Positions 1 to 9,991 are shown, counted from the stretch's first letter. The stretch is 64,000 nucleotides of DNA from Candidatus Cloacimonadales bacterium (GCA_963674825.1 OY771587.1:704001-768000), one strand, 5' to 3'. The notes: a model not told the origin generated them from the letters alone. Numbers and translations: made by a program.

Positions 1-504
1 CTCATCCATGATCTCTTTGTATGTTTGGATAGCAAAGTCATTTGCATCCTTGATCAGTACATGCGATGCCCGAACCACTTCGCGCGTTTTAAATTGATTC
101 TTGTTCATCTCATAGAAATCGCGCAGCTTTTCCTCCGGAACATCTTCCTCACGCACGCAGAAATTGTTCTGTACGTATCTGGAAACCATTAGGCGATCTC
201 TCAATCGTTCACGCATTGTCTCCTGATCAAGACCCGTCTCAGCAAGCATGTTGTTGAAATCATCTTCTGTCTCAAAATCCATCATCAACTCAAGCAGCTT
301 CTCCTGAATCTCGTCTGCCGAGATTTCAATGCTGGATTCACGAGCACGATTTAAAAGTAAAACCCCGTCGATAAGGTGCTCGATCGCACGTTCGCGACAC
401 TCCATATTGGCATCCGCGAGCTGCATCTGTTTCATTACGCGAACCAGTTCGAAACGATAGCTTTCGTCCGTGATTTGATAACCATTCACTTCTGCGATGA
501 TCAT
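1..504 (-). CDS. SurA/PrsA-type parvulin peptidyl-prolyl isomerase, 3' end runs off the window
   Basis: Not in the ORF track. Hand translation from ATG at 504 (GGGAG upstream): MIIAEVNGYQIT...AIEHLIDGVLLL...FKTREVVRASHVLIKD, open to position 1. RASHVL is the parvulin start motif. Confidence 0.85.
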   Translation of the reverse strand, partial: MIIAEVNGYQITDESYRFELVRVMKQMQLADANMECRERAIEHLIDGVLLLNRARESSIEISADEIQEKLLELMMDFETEDDFNNMLAETGLDQETMRERLRDRLMVSRYVQNNFCVREEDVPEEKLRDFYEMNKNQFKTREVVRASHVLIKDANDFAIQTYKEIMDE

Positions 505-516
505 ATTCGCTCCCAA

Positions 517-1428
517 TCAAATATCCAGGGTATCCAAAATTGCCCTGGTAACCGGATATATGTTAATATCGGTGCATTCCAATGTCAAATCGAATTCGAT
601 GCTTCGATACCATGTCATCTGGCGTTTGGCGTAATTCCTCGATTTCTGCTTGGCAAGGTCGATTGCCGCCTTGAAATCGCCGCCGTCATGTAGCCAATCG
701 ACTAGCTCCCGGTAACCCACAGCGTTCATTCCGGGATCCTCCGATTTGTAACCCATTTCCAGTAATCGTTTTACTTCGTCAAGGAATCCATTTTTCATCA
801 TATCGTCAAAACGGCCGTCTATCCTTTCGTAGAGCACATCCCGGCCAGGTTGGATGAGAATATTAAAGCTGTTGCAACGATATTCTTCCTGCTGATGCTT
901 CCAGTGCTCGCTCATCGACATGCCCGTCTGCTCGTAGATTTCCAGTGCACGGACAACTCGTTTGATGTCGTTGGGATGAACTCGCCCAGCAGAAATGGGA
1001 TCGACCTCCCTCAATCGCTCAAAAACCCTCACCGGCTCCGCTTCTGCCTGCTGCATCAGCCGTTGCCGCAAGTCCTCATCCACCTTTGGCGATTCGAATA
1101 AACCATTTTGCAGAGCACGGATATAGAATCCAGTACCACCGGCGATGATCGGGATTTTCTCCTCGCTGTTCAGCCGCCGCACGATCGCTCCAGCTTCATC
1201 GGTAAATCGCCCTGCGCTGTATGATTCATCGGGATCCACGACATCGATCAGATGATGCGGAATACCAGCCATCTCCAGCCTCGTGGGCTTGGCGGTTCCA
1301 ATATCCATGTAGCGATATACCTGCCGGGAATCGGCCGAGATGATCTCGGTATCCAGTTCCTTTGCCAGCTTCAGTGCAAGCGATGTCTTTCCCGAAGCGG
1401 TCGGGCCCTGAACCGTTATAAACTTCAT
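517..1428 (-). CDS. miaA: tRNA dimethylallyltransferase
   Basis: GPTASGKT, ISADSRQVY, DIGTAKP, GGTGFY, RNYAKRQMTW. Start set at MKFITV (ATGA overlap with the mutL stop), not at 1596. Confidence 0.97.
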   Translation of the reverse strand: MKFITVQGPTASGKTSLALKLAKELDTEIISADSRQVYRYMDIGTAKPTRLEMAGIPHHLIDVVDPDESYSAGRFTDEAGAIVRRLNSEEKIPIIAGGTGFYIRALQNGLFESPKVDEDLRQRLMQQAEAEPVRVFERLREVDPISAGRVHPNDIKRVVRALEIYEQTGMSMSEHWKHQQEEYRCNSFNILIQPGRDVLYERIDGRFDDMMKNGFLDEVKRLLEMGYKSEDPGMNAVGYRELVDWLHDGGDFKAAIDLAKQKSRNYAKRQMTWYRSIEFDLTLECTDINIYPVTRAILDTLDI

Positions 1429-3272
1429 GACTCGATTCGCTTGAACTTCTTCTCCAGTTCGGTAAGTGTCATCTTGATGATCAGCGGTCTTCCGTGCGGA
1501 CAGAAGTAAGGTACATCGCAGGAAAAGAGGTCGCTGATGAGCGCTACCATCTCCTTGCGTCCCATTTTGCGGTTCGCCTTGATGGCCGCCTTGCACGCTA
1601 CTGATTTGGCAAGACTGTCCCGGAAATCCTCCGTTTCGGAAAACTCGTCCCGGAGCTGCCGCAGGATGTCGATGAACACCTCTCCCCCATCCCAGTCTTC
1701 CAACTCGGCGGGGATTTCGTCGATCACGATCGAATTGCCGCTGAAACTCTTGATGGTGAAGCCGACCTTGTTGATCGTCTCCATATTGGCTTCCACGAGG
1801 TCTTGCACCACGTCGTAGAGATGCGTCGGGATATCCACAACCAGCGGGAATAAAAGCTTTTGTGTAGGTGCCGGCATACCGTGAATTCGGTGCAGCAGTT
1901 TCTCGTAAAGGATGCGTTCGTGCGCAGCGTGTTGGTCAATCATCATCAAGCCTTCTTCCACCTGCACCAGAATATACGTCTGATGAAGCTGCCAGGGATT
2001 GATCATGTCCTCTTCGGCCCTTAGCTTGACGCGTTGCGTCTCCTGGGGAATATCAGCCGGCGCTTGCGATTCTGGTTGTATCTGCTGCTCCACCGGGATA
2101 AATATATCCGGCTGGTAGAGGCTACCGAATTCGTCCTTCACCTGGCTGAAACGTCTGGGTTCGGTCCGCTGACGATAGATTTTCACATCCACAGGCTTGA
2201 TCTCTTTCCTTTCATGGCCCTGCTCGATCCGCTCCCGCACCGATTTGAAACGTTCGTCTTCGTACTTCATCAGACGCTTTCCGATGGCATTCTTGATGAA
2301 TCCATGCACGCTGCCGGCGTCTCGGAAACGAATTTCCAGCTTGGCGGGATGGACGTTGAAGTCGATAAGCGTGGGATCCATCTCCATGAAAAGAATGTAT
2401 GGCGGGACGCTACTGCCCTGGAATAGCCGAAGCTTCTGCACGTATGGCTCATATGCTGCCTTGAGCGCATGCAGTATGATCTTGTCGCGGATGAAGCGGC
2501 CGTTGACGAACATGTAGCGGTAGTCGTGCAGCCCTTCAGGGACCTCATCCAGACCTTTAATATAGCCTTCGAGCTTCATGTTGCCGCCCTCGGCTTCGAT
2601 CTCTACCATATCCAGCTTTTTGAAATCGCTACCGAACACTGCCAGAAGTCGCTTTTCACGCGTCTCGACAGCAGGATAGTTGAGCTTTGTTCTTCCGTTG
2701 GCAACGAGCTTGAAATGCACGCCCGGAAACAGAACCGCCTGATAATGTATGTAATTCTGAATATGTCGATATTCCACATCGTCCGACTTGAGAAACTTCT
2801 TGCGTGCAGGGATATTGGCGAAGAGTTTTCGTACGGTGACCGTCGTGCCCTGATTGGCAGCGGCCTTCTCCACACCGCGGATCACACCCGAATCGATTTC
2901 GATTTTGGTCGCCAGCTCGCTCTCTTCATCTCTCGTCAGGAGCGTCATGCGACTGACCGACGCGATACTGGGCATCGCTTCGCCACGGAAGCCAAGCGTC
3001 GAGATTTCGAAGATATCAGAGACAGTGCGGATTTTGGAGGTAGCATGCCGTTCCAGCGCGGTGAGAGCGTCGTCTTCGTTCATGCCGCAACCATTGTCGA
3101 TCACCTCGATCAGGGATTTTCCACCCCGCTCGACGTTGACCGTAATCGCCCCGGCTCCACTGTCCAACGCGTTCTCCACCAGTTCTTTCACCACCGACGC
3201 CGGGCGTTCGATAACCTCTCCCGCCGCGATCCGGTTGGCGACTTCCTCCGCTAAAACCTTGACTCTACGCAT
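1425..3272 (-). CDS. mutL: DNA mismatch repair protein MutL
   Basis: IAAGEVIERPASVVKELVEN, HATSKI, LGFRGEA, endonuclease motifs DQHAAHER, ACK, CPHGRP. Start set at MRRVKVL (3272). Confidence 0.98.
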   Translation of the reverse strand: MRRVKVLAEEVANRIAAGEVIERPASVVKELVENALDSGAGAITVNVERGGKSLIEVIDNGCGMNEDDALTALERHATSKIRTVSDIFEISTLGFRGEAMPSIASVSRMTLLTRDEESELATKIEIDSGVIRGVEKAAANQGTTVTVRKLFANIPARKKFLKSDDVEYRHIQNYIHYQAVLFPGVHFKLVANGRTKLNYPAVETREKRLLAVFGSDFKKLDMVEIEAEGGNMKLEGYIKGLDEVPEGLHDYRYMFVNGRFIRDKIILHALKAAYEPYVQKLRLFQGSSVPPYILFMEMDPTLIDFNVHPAKLEIRFRDAGSVHGFIKNAIGKRLMKYEDERFKSVRERIEQGHERKEIKPVDVKIYRQRTEPRRFSQVKDEFGSLYQPDIFIPVEQQIQPESQAPADIPQETQRVKLRAEEDMINPWQLHQTYILVQVEEGLMMIDQHAAHERILYEKLLHRIHGMPAPTQKLLFPLVVDIPTHLYDVVQDLVEANMETINKVGFTIKSFSGNSIVIDEIPAELEDWDGGEVFIDILRQLRDEFSETEDFRDSLAKSVACKAAIKANRKMGRKEMVALISDLFSCDVPYFCPHGRPLIIKMTLTELEKKFKRIES

Positions 3273-3413
3273 GATATGTCCCTTAAATCGAATTACTCCA
3301 ACTATCGCATGCGCGTGATTTTTGTAAAATGAAATCTTCCGATTGTTCGATGCAATCCGTAGCCGTATCATTGCAAAGACTCCGAACGGTTACCAACACG
3401 CCCCCGAATTGAC

Positions 3414-3692
3414 TTGATTGCTGTAGAATGGAGCAACCTTGATAAATATTTCTTTACATGCGAGGGGCGCATTACGTATGATGATACTAACAAAGTATAC
3501 GAGTTTGTATATGACATCACAGACTACCTGGGGAATACGCGTGTGAGCTTCAAACCATCGACCAGCGGACCTGATATCATGCAGGAAGACCACTACTACC
3601 CGTTCGGGATGAAAATGCCCGGCCTGTGTAGCGTGTACGACCACCCCGAAACCAAATTCACCAGTGGCGGCAAGGAGCTGGATATGAAATGA
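3414..3692 (+). pseudogene. Rhs repeat-associated core fragment 1 (truncated, lacks DPxG)
   Basis: YEFVYDITDYLGNTRVSF...QEDHYYPFGM...KFTSGGKELD; homology to the other copies stops abruptly at ~3682. Confidence 0.85.
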
Positions 3693-4060
3693 CATCAGCA
3701 AAAGGGAACATGATTGTAAGTCCCGAATTTCTACCCGTGATTCAAAGGGTTAATGGTGGTCATCATGATGGTTTTATGCCAGCAGAGGTTAATCCCTTTA
3801 GACATAACGCAACTGTTATTATCAGACCTGACATTGTCCTGCAGCAGAATAGCGCTGATATACCACGTACAAATCCTATATTTCATGAGTTTTCCGAAAT
3901 GAGGTACATGGTCAAGTCTGGCATGGTAAGATATCCGTTTCCATATATCCTTAGGGCAGCACATATTGAGGCTGGCAATGACGGTATCACAAGAGCCACA
4001 ATCGATGGATTAAATCCCTCAAGAGCCGGAGGCTGTGCCGACGGCTGGAGGTATAAATAA
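3689..4060 (+). CDS. Probable orphan Rhs C-terminal toxin tip 1, out of frame with core fragment 1
   Basis: Directly follows the Rhs core fragment and its stop overlaps the next ATG (TAATG). Contains HEFSE...AH. No family recognised. Confidence 0.5.
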   Translation: MTSAKGNMIVSPEFLPVIQRVNGGHHDGFMPAEVNPFRHNATVIIRPDIVLQQNSADIPRTNPIFHEFSEMRYMVKSGMVRYPFPYILRAAHIEAGNDGITRATIDGLNPSRAGGCADGWRYK

Positions 4061-4539
4061 TGAATCGTGCTTTTCTTCTTTTTCTTCTAACTATGTCATT
4101 CGGATTATCTTCACTGACGAGACAATCTTCATACCATAATGACGATATCCAGCTCAGTATAGCATTGCAGGACACTATATATTGTATTAATGATACCGTC
4201 ACACTTGAGGTAACTATCGTGAATATCAGTAAAAAACGCATGCTGGTGTTTCCCGTATTCGACACATCTCGTGCAGTTCCAAGTATTGTGAAAGCCGGAG
4301 AAGAAAGAAACGTGGTATTTGGAATATCATCATATTTAGGAGATTGGACCCATTTGGGGACATTGCCAGAGTTACGGGTGTTTTTTCCATCTGATACGAT
4401 CACAACAACACAGAAAATCATACTGACGGCTTCATTGGCTTTTCATGAAGCTTCATACTTGAATATTGCATATTCATTTAGTTATTTTCCATATTCGGAG
4501 CTCGCATTTCGTATGTCAAGTGAACATTGGATATCGTAG
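4060..4539 (+). CDS. Putative immunity protein 1 with signal peptide
   Basis: Translationally coupled to tip 1; hydrophobic N-terminus MNRAFLLFLLTMSFG; AT-rich. Confidence 0.55.
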   Translation: MNRAFLLFLLTMSFGLSSLTRQSSYHNDDIQLSIALQDTIYCINDTVTLEVTIVNISKKRMLVFPVFDTSRAVPSIVKAGEERNVVFGISSYLGDWTHLGTLPELRVFFPSDTITTTQKIILTASLAFHEASYLNIAYSFSYFPYSELAFRMSSEHWIS

Positions 4540-5413
4540 ATTCGCGGACTATAGAGGGGACCAAGGTATATTGGGATGCTTTTCGCACATTAGAAGTCAA
4601 TGGGCTACAGATAAAGATCGTCGAATAATACATTTGGATGAGAAAAACCACTACTACCCGTTCGAGATGAAAATGCCCGGCCTGTGTAGCGTGTACAACG
4701 ACCCCGAAACCAAGTTCACCGGTGGCGGCAAAGAGCTGGAGGATGACTACAACCTAAACCCTTTGAGTGACGACGGGTACCACTACGGCGTGCGCCACTA
4801 CGATCCGCAGCTCTGCCGATGGCAGCAGGTCGATCCCGCGGATGAGTTCCACAGCCCGTATGTGTATTGTGCGAATAATCCAGCCAACGTAATTGATCCG
4901 GATGGGACTACTGTGCTGTTTTTAAATGATGGTAGTTATAAAATCATAGATGACGAAATCGGGATTGAGAAGGGGGCATACGAGGATGACTACAAGGAAA
5001 AAGGGATGGATGCTGCAACCATAAATATATCCTTCATCACTCTAGAAGATATTAACAATGAAATTGATACCTATATTCAACCCAATGCTGTAGATATACT
5101 CTCGGATAACAATCTATCTTTCTATCAAATGGCAGAATCTTTCGAGACGCAACTCTTCGAAGGAGTAGGCAAACCACCAGAAACCTTGACACATTACCTG
5201 GTGACCGATTTAAACTCATGGTACAGGTCTGATGAGCTAAATTATATTGGAATTGGCACATTATACCGAAACCATCCAGATATGTATCGCTATCACATGC
5301 ACATTGATATCTTCGCTTGGAAATTATACAAATATTGGGAATTACCCACAAAAGGCGTTATATTTTGGGCTAATTATGGTTTTGACTATAGATCAAAGAG
5401 TGCTGGAGAATAG
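4466..5413 (+). pseudogene. Orphan Rhs core (from ~4644) plus C-terminal toxin tip 2 (4907-5413)
   Basis: HYYPF...GKELE...YHYGVRHYDPQLCRWQQVDPADEFHSPYVYCANNPANVIDPDG, then an unrelated AT-rich tail. Sequence before ~4644 is not Rhs-like and no convincing start is seen. Confidence 0.85.
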
Positions 5414-5416
5414 GCA

Positions 5417-6055
5417 ATGATAAAATCTATATTGCTGTGTGTTGCCACCTTCCTGCTAATCAGTTATGCCATAAGTTATATCGATGGATATCTAGTACTT
5501 GGCCTGCAAGAACATGGGGATGTTCAAATGCAAGTTCAACCCACAATATTATTCAGCGTGTTAATCTTACTGATAGTCATAAACCGCAGAGCCGGAATAA
5601 GGAAACTAATTCTTTCGGTTATCTTGTTTGTTTTACTTGCTGTTGTAGCATTCTTTTTCTCTAAACCCCTTAGAGATAAAGCCCAAGTATACGGCTTCCG
5701 CACGAGAATTGAAAGCTTGTGGAATTTAGAGAAATTAGAACAATGCACTGATAGCCTCGTATTTGAAAAAGGAATTTCACCTGGGACATCCTACTACAAA
5801 GTATTTACAAATGATGATTTGCCCAATTGCTTCACACTTTTTTTGAATAGCCAAGATGATCTGAAACCAAAAGTTACTTTAGATACAGGGCTTAGACATT
5901 GTTACATTAGCCTAGAATTTGAACTATATTCTGTTTCAATCGTGCCTTCTGGTTTTCCAGTGATAGAATTATTACAGTCAATTCGCAAAGACAGGGTTTT
6001 CTTCATTTTTAGCGACAGGCTTAACAGGAGTTGGAATCCGTATCTGAATTATTAA
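5417..6055 (+). CDS. Putative immunity protein 2, membrane-anchored
   Basis: Starts 3 nt after the tip 2 stop with GGAG upstream; three hydrophobic segments then a soluble domain. Confidence 0.6.
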   Translation: MIKSILLCVATFLLISYAISYIDGYLVLGLQEHGDVQMQVQPTILFSVLILLIVINRRAGIRKLILSVILFVLLAVVAFFFSKPLRDKAQVYGFRTRIESLWNLEKLEQCTDSLVFEKGISPGTSYYKVFTNDDLPNCFTLFLNSQDDLKPKVTLDTGLRHCYISLEFELYSVSIVPSGFPVIELLQSIRKDRVFFIFSDRLNRSWNPYLNY

Positions 6056-6073
6056 TGCGCAGAATCCCAAGCC

Positions 6074-6523
6074 GTGCTTTACGGTCATGTTTCTGTGGGG
6101 CTTGTCAGTTTTATCGGCAGCGCAATATACGAAGACAGCATCCTGAAAATTATCCTTACATCCGAAGGGCGCATTACATATGATGATACCAACAAAGTAT
6201 ATGAGTTTGTTTACGACATAACAGACTACCTGGGGAATACGCGCGTGAGCTTCAAACCATCGACCAGCGGACCTGATATCATGCAGGAAAACCACGACTA
6301 CCCGTTCGGGATGAAAATGCCCGGCGTGTGTAGCGTATACGACGACCCCGAAACCAAATTCACCGGTGGCGGCAAAGAGCTGGAGGATGACTACAACCTG
6401 AATTGGTATCACTACGGCGCTCGCTACTACGACCCGCAGCTCGGTAGATGGCAGCAGGTCGATCCGGTGGATGAAACAATCACATTGATTGAAGCACTTC
6501 GTTGGATATTGCCCTGCACATAG
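6074..6523 (+). pseudogene. Rhs core fragment 3 with no toxin tip
   Basis: EGRITYDD...DYLGNTRVSF...NWYHYGARYYDPQLGRWQQVDPVDE, then homology is lost before PxxxxDPxG. Confidence 0.85.
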
Positions 6524-6612
6524 ATCAGCACAGAATTGGTGTTGATTTTCAAATGATTCGTGATAATTATAGTAACTAATCGCCCATGCAAATGAATCTG
6601 ATGAGAAGAAAA

Positions 6613-6690
6613 TGGTCGGGATGAGAAGATTTGAACTTCCGACCTTACGGTCCCGAACCGTACGCGCTAACCGGACTGCGCTACATCCCG
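6613..6690 (-). tRNA. tRNA-Pro(CGG)
   Basis: CGGGATGTAGCGCAGTCCGGTTAGCGCG-TACGG TT CGG GA CCGTA-AGGTCGGAAGTTCAAATCTTCTCATCCCGACCA; cloverleaf with encoded CCA. Confidence 0.97.
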
Positions 6691-6875
6691 ACGTTCAAGT
6701 TATGCAAGAAACGCTGAGGGGGTTTTCTTGTCAAATGATTTTTCACACAATTCTCATCATGCATGCTGCGGTACATTGCAGTTCATTTCAGCAAGGAAAG
6801 TTGCATCCTTAAGTTGCTTGTGAAATCACCGCAAAATCGCTTAGTACGCGCCTCAACTTACGCATTCAGATTTTC

Positions 6876-6903
6876 TTGACAACCGAACTGAACCAGTTAT
6901 ATT
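6876..6903 (+). promoter_or_regulatory. Candidate sigma70 promoter for the 7028 gene
   Basis: TTGACA-16 nt-TATATT. Confidence 0.45.
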
Positions 6904-7027
6904 TTTCATACAGAAATGTGTAATGGTAACGATTGGATCAGAAACTACTCTAACAGGCCTTAATCAAACTGACACTATAAGCACTATGTTTCAATAATTT
7001 TATCTTCGCACGCATAGGGAGGTTATC

Positions 7028-9991
7028 ATGTTTCATATCCCAAAAGGCTTTGTTTTTATACTGTTATCCATCGCGTTTCTGACAGCTTTACCCCTTTCGG
7101 CCCAAAACACCACATTGGGTTTTGATGGCTCAAACGACTACGCTTCTGTCACTGGGCTTTCGGCTTCGAGCACGTCAATACTCACAGCCGAATGCTGGTT
7201 TATGTTCGAAAGCTATCCTTCTGAATATCGTTGGGTCTATCACCTCTATTCGGGTGACAGACGCAGGGTACTTCTCGGTGTTAATGAAAGCGGATATATC
7301 GCAGTATATATGGCTCCGCAGTTGAGCGACGACACCGGCGGCAATGTCTTGACATCCACAGTTCTTGCCGAGACAGGAAAATGGTATCACGCAGCCGTGG
7401 TCGTCAATGGGTCAAACCTGAAGTTCTATATCAATGGCATTTCATTGTTCGAGCAGAATTTCAGTTATTCATGGCAATTCAACGATAATCACACCCTCTA
7501 CCTCGCTACCGACTATTGGGCTGGAAGCACGGCTTATTCGGACATCCGTATAGATGAAATGCGCCTTTGGAGCAGCGTGCGTTCACAAAGCGACATACAA
7601 TCAACCATGCATACGCAGCTTAGCGGATCAGAATCCGGCTTGTTCGCATATTACAAGATGAGTGACGGAAGCGGAACCTCGCTGACCGATAACTCCAGTC
7701 ATGGCAATACCGGTACACTCCATAACGAGACGTACTGGGTATCGAACGACACCACACCGATCGCTGTTGCGCCTTCTGCCGGTGACGGTTCTGCCGGTAC
7801 ACCCTATCAGATCGCCAATCTGAATAATCTCTGGTGGATCTCGCAAAACTCGTCCGTTTTGGGGCAACATTTCACTCAGACAGCCGATATAAACCTGATT
7901 GACTACCAGGGCGGCGCTGGCTGGAAACCAATCGGCAACGCGACAACACAATTCACGGGCACATACGATGGCGATGGTCACAAGATCATGAACCTTTTCC
8001 TCTATTATCCTGGTGCCGGCACACCAACCACCGTTACCGAAGCGCAAGCATTACCCGGCAACATAGGCCTTTTCGGTTACATGACTTGTACCTCTTCATC
8101 GGACGCGATTATCCGTGACCTCGGCATCCTGAACGCTGATGTGACCGGTGGCAGGGCTACCGGTTCGTTAGTCGGTAAAATCTTGCTTCCCAGTAATGCA
8201 GCATATGTTACCTACGTAGAGAACTGCTACGTAGCCGGAACGGCAACGGTGCGTGGGTTTGGAGCAACAGGCGGCCTTGTGGGGGCTAACAACTCACAGA
8301 AAAAGAACATCGTACCCGTTATCCATTACTGTTATTCGGAAGCTGACGTCGAGAGCAGGTTCCCGACCAACACGTTACTGAATCCGGATGATAACGACGA
8401 GCTTTTCAACATCAAGTATGGATCCGTGGTTGGCTGCAACGAAAACGGCCTGACCATGGACAGTTATGGTAGAGGCGACGTATATGGTGGAAAGCGCGTT
8501 GGGGGTATATCAGGATGCTCCATTCGCGGTGCGGTGATTCGTTGCTACGCAACCGGGCAGATCAGAACAGCTTTCCAGAGTCCGCCATATAGTGGTGATG
8601 AAGATCCATATGTTGGCGGTATAGTAGGACGCGTAGTTGGTCAACTTCCTCCCGGACTGGGAGGATTCTCCGGAAGCGGCTCGATCCAGATGTGCTACTG
8701 GGATACAAGTACGTCCGGTAATACAACCTCCGGTGGCAGCCCGGGAGCCCTGGGAAGGACAACCTCCGAGATGCAGACGCAGGCCAACTACACCGATTGG
8801 AATTTCGACGGTGTCTGGCTCATCTCCGCAAGCCAGTATCCGAGACTCGGCTGGCAGGATGGCGTCAATATCAATCCGCAGGAAAACACCTACGAAGGGA
8901 TGCTGGCTCCGACTGTCGATGGCGGAACTGCACAGCCTAACCAACTTTATTCGACAACCAGCGTTGGTGGAAGCTCCGTCTATACCGGGTTCATGCCGTC
9001 AGCGACCGAGACGGTTAATATTTCCATCTACTCCATTTACTCGGAGAATCCGCAGTCTGTGGAAGGTGATTTCCCGAATCCGGAAAACCTTGGAGCCTAT
9101 TGGAAATTCTATTGCTCTGACGATGTCGTGCTGCGTAATGCGCAATACTTCGATATCCAGATGCCATTCGAATACACGCAGATTTGGTATCGCTATTCAC
9201 GTGACACTTCAGAGCTACTCTCATGGCGTCTAATTCCATCGGGAAGCATCGCCTATCAATCTGGCTCGTATATTTATCGAATCACGATAAGCGGCTTGAG
9301 CCTTCCTGCACCACTCAGGGTGGGAGAACTGGGTGAAATCGAATTCGCAGGTGATATCGGTAACGACAACACGCTCCCCGTTGTACTGTCTTCTTTCACC
9401 GCAGAAGTGACGTCTGAAAACTTTGCCAGAGTATCCTGGGAAACGCAATCTGAGACGGACATGAGCGGGTATTATCTTCATCGCTCCGAAACTGCCTCGC
9501 TTGAAGATGCCGTTCGCGTATCAACCATGATCTCCGCTGAAAACAGCTCCAACGGGGCATCTTATAGCTTCACGGATATCGAAGTAACCCGTGATGAGAC
9601 CTATCGTTACTGGCTTGAGAGCATCGGACTTGACGGAAGCTCGATTTTCTTCGGTCCTGTAACGATCACCATCGTACCGGATGGCGGACAGGGACAGGAA
9701 ACACCTGAGGCGATCGTCACGGAGCTTGTTGGGTGCTATCCTAATCCATTCAACCCCAATACGGTCGTGCAATTCTCGGTTGATAGCGATCGAAATGTCC
9801 GGCTGGCAATCTATAACCTCAAAGGACAGCTTGTGCGTATCCTTGCAGACGAGTCATTCGCGAAAGGTAAACATTGCGTATCGTGGGATGGAAGAGATTT
9901 TAACGGTGGCTCTGCATCCAGCGGAGTCTATTTCATCCGCATGGATTCAGGCGCACAGCAATTCACTACGCGCGCACTGCTACTGAAGTAA
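7028..9991 (+). CDS. Secreted LamG-like + GLUG-repeat-like surface protein with FlgD-Ig/T9SS-type C-terminal domain
   Basis: Signal peptide; FDGSNDY...WYHAAVV...IDEMRLWS (LamG); GDGSAGTPYQI...FTGTYDGDGH and GGLVG/GGIVG repeats; TLPVVLSSF; YPNPFNP...SGVYF...LLLK. Confidence 0.85.
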   Translation: MFHIPKGFVFILLSIAFLTALPLSAQNTTLGFDGSNDYASVTGLSASSTSILTAECWFMFESYPSEYRWVYHLYSGDRRRVLLGVNESGYIAVYMAPQLSDDTGGNVLTSTVLAETGKWYHAAVVVNGSNLKFYINGISLFEQNFSYSWQFNDNHTLYLATDYWAGSTAYSDIRIDEMRLWSSVRSQSDIQSTMHTQLSGSESGLFAYYKMSDGSGTSLTDNSSHGNTGTLHNETYWVSNDTTPIAVAPSAGDGSAGTPYQIANLNNLWWISQNSSVLGQHFTQTADINLIDYQGGAGWKPIGNATTQFTGTYDGDGHKIMNLFLYYPGAGTPTTVTEAQALPGNIGLFGYMTCTSSSDAIIRDLGILNADVTGGRATGSLVGKILLPSNAAYVTYVENCYVAGTATVRGFGATGGLVGANNSQKKNIVPVIHYCYSEADVESRFPTNTLLNPDDNDELFNIKYGSVVGCNENGLTMDSYGRGDVYGGKRVGGISGCSIRGAVIRCYATGQIRTAFQSPPYSGDEDPYVGGIVGRVVGQLPPGLGGFSGSGSIQMCYWDTSTSGNTTSGGSPGALGRTTSEMQTQANYTDWNFDGVWLISASQYPRLGWQDGVNINPQENTYEGMLAPTVDGGTAQPNQLYSTTSVGGSSVYTGFMPSATETVNISIYSIYSENPQSVEGDFPNPENLGAYWKFYCSDDVVLRNAQYFDIQMPFEYTQIWYRYSRDTSELLSWRLIPSGSIAYQSGSYIYRITISGLSLPAPLRVGELGEIEFAGDIGNDNTLPVVLSSFTAEVTSENFARVSWETQSETDMSGYYLHRSETASLEDAVRVSTMISAENSSNGASYSFTDIEVTRDETYRYWLESIGLDGSSIFFGPVTITIVPDGGQGQETPEAIVTELVGCYPNPFNPNTVVQFSVDSDRNVRLAIYNLKGQLVRILADESFAKGKHCVSWDGRDFNGGSASSGVYFIRMDSGAQQFTTRALLLK

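Larger units (their letters stand above)
3462..6474 (+). repeat. Three direct copies of Rhs core coding DNA: ~3462-3682, ~4644-4845, ~6164-6474
   Basis: Near-identical DNA, e.g. atgaaaatgcccggc and ccccgaaaccaa occur in all three copies. Confidence 0.95.

Noticed and set aside
1429..1596. N-terminal extension of miaA (likewise ORF-track extensions of mutL and of the genes at 15736, 17608, 25297, 30760, 46145)
   Set aside because: They overlap neighbouring genes or promoters; downstream starts fit RBS position, coupling or family N-termini better.
3462..6474. Rhs repeats as a diversity-generating retroelement template/variable pair
   Set aside because: Differences are not adenine-specific (e.g. 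ACT/ACC, TAT/TAC, CGT/CGC) and no reverse transcriptase is in the window.
6600..6629. 10-bp direct repeat gatgagaaga (6600-6609 and 6620-6629) as an att-site scar at tRNA-Pro
   Set aside because: Too short, directly next to the tRNA rather than at the far end of the island; no matching copy seen near 3400 and no integrase.
6612..6812. Short ORFs over the tRNA genes (also 56657-57046)
   Set aside because: Antisense readings of tRNA-Pro and tRNA-Leu.
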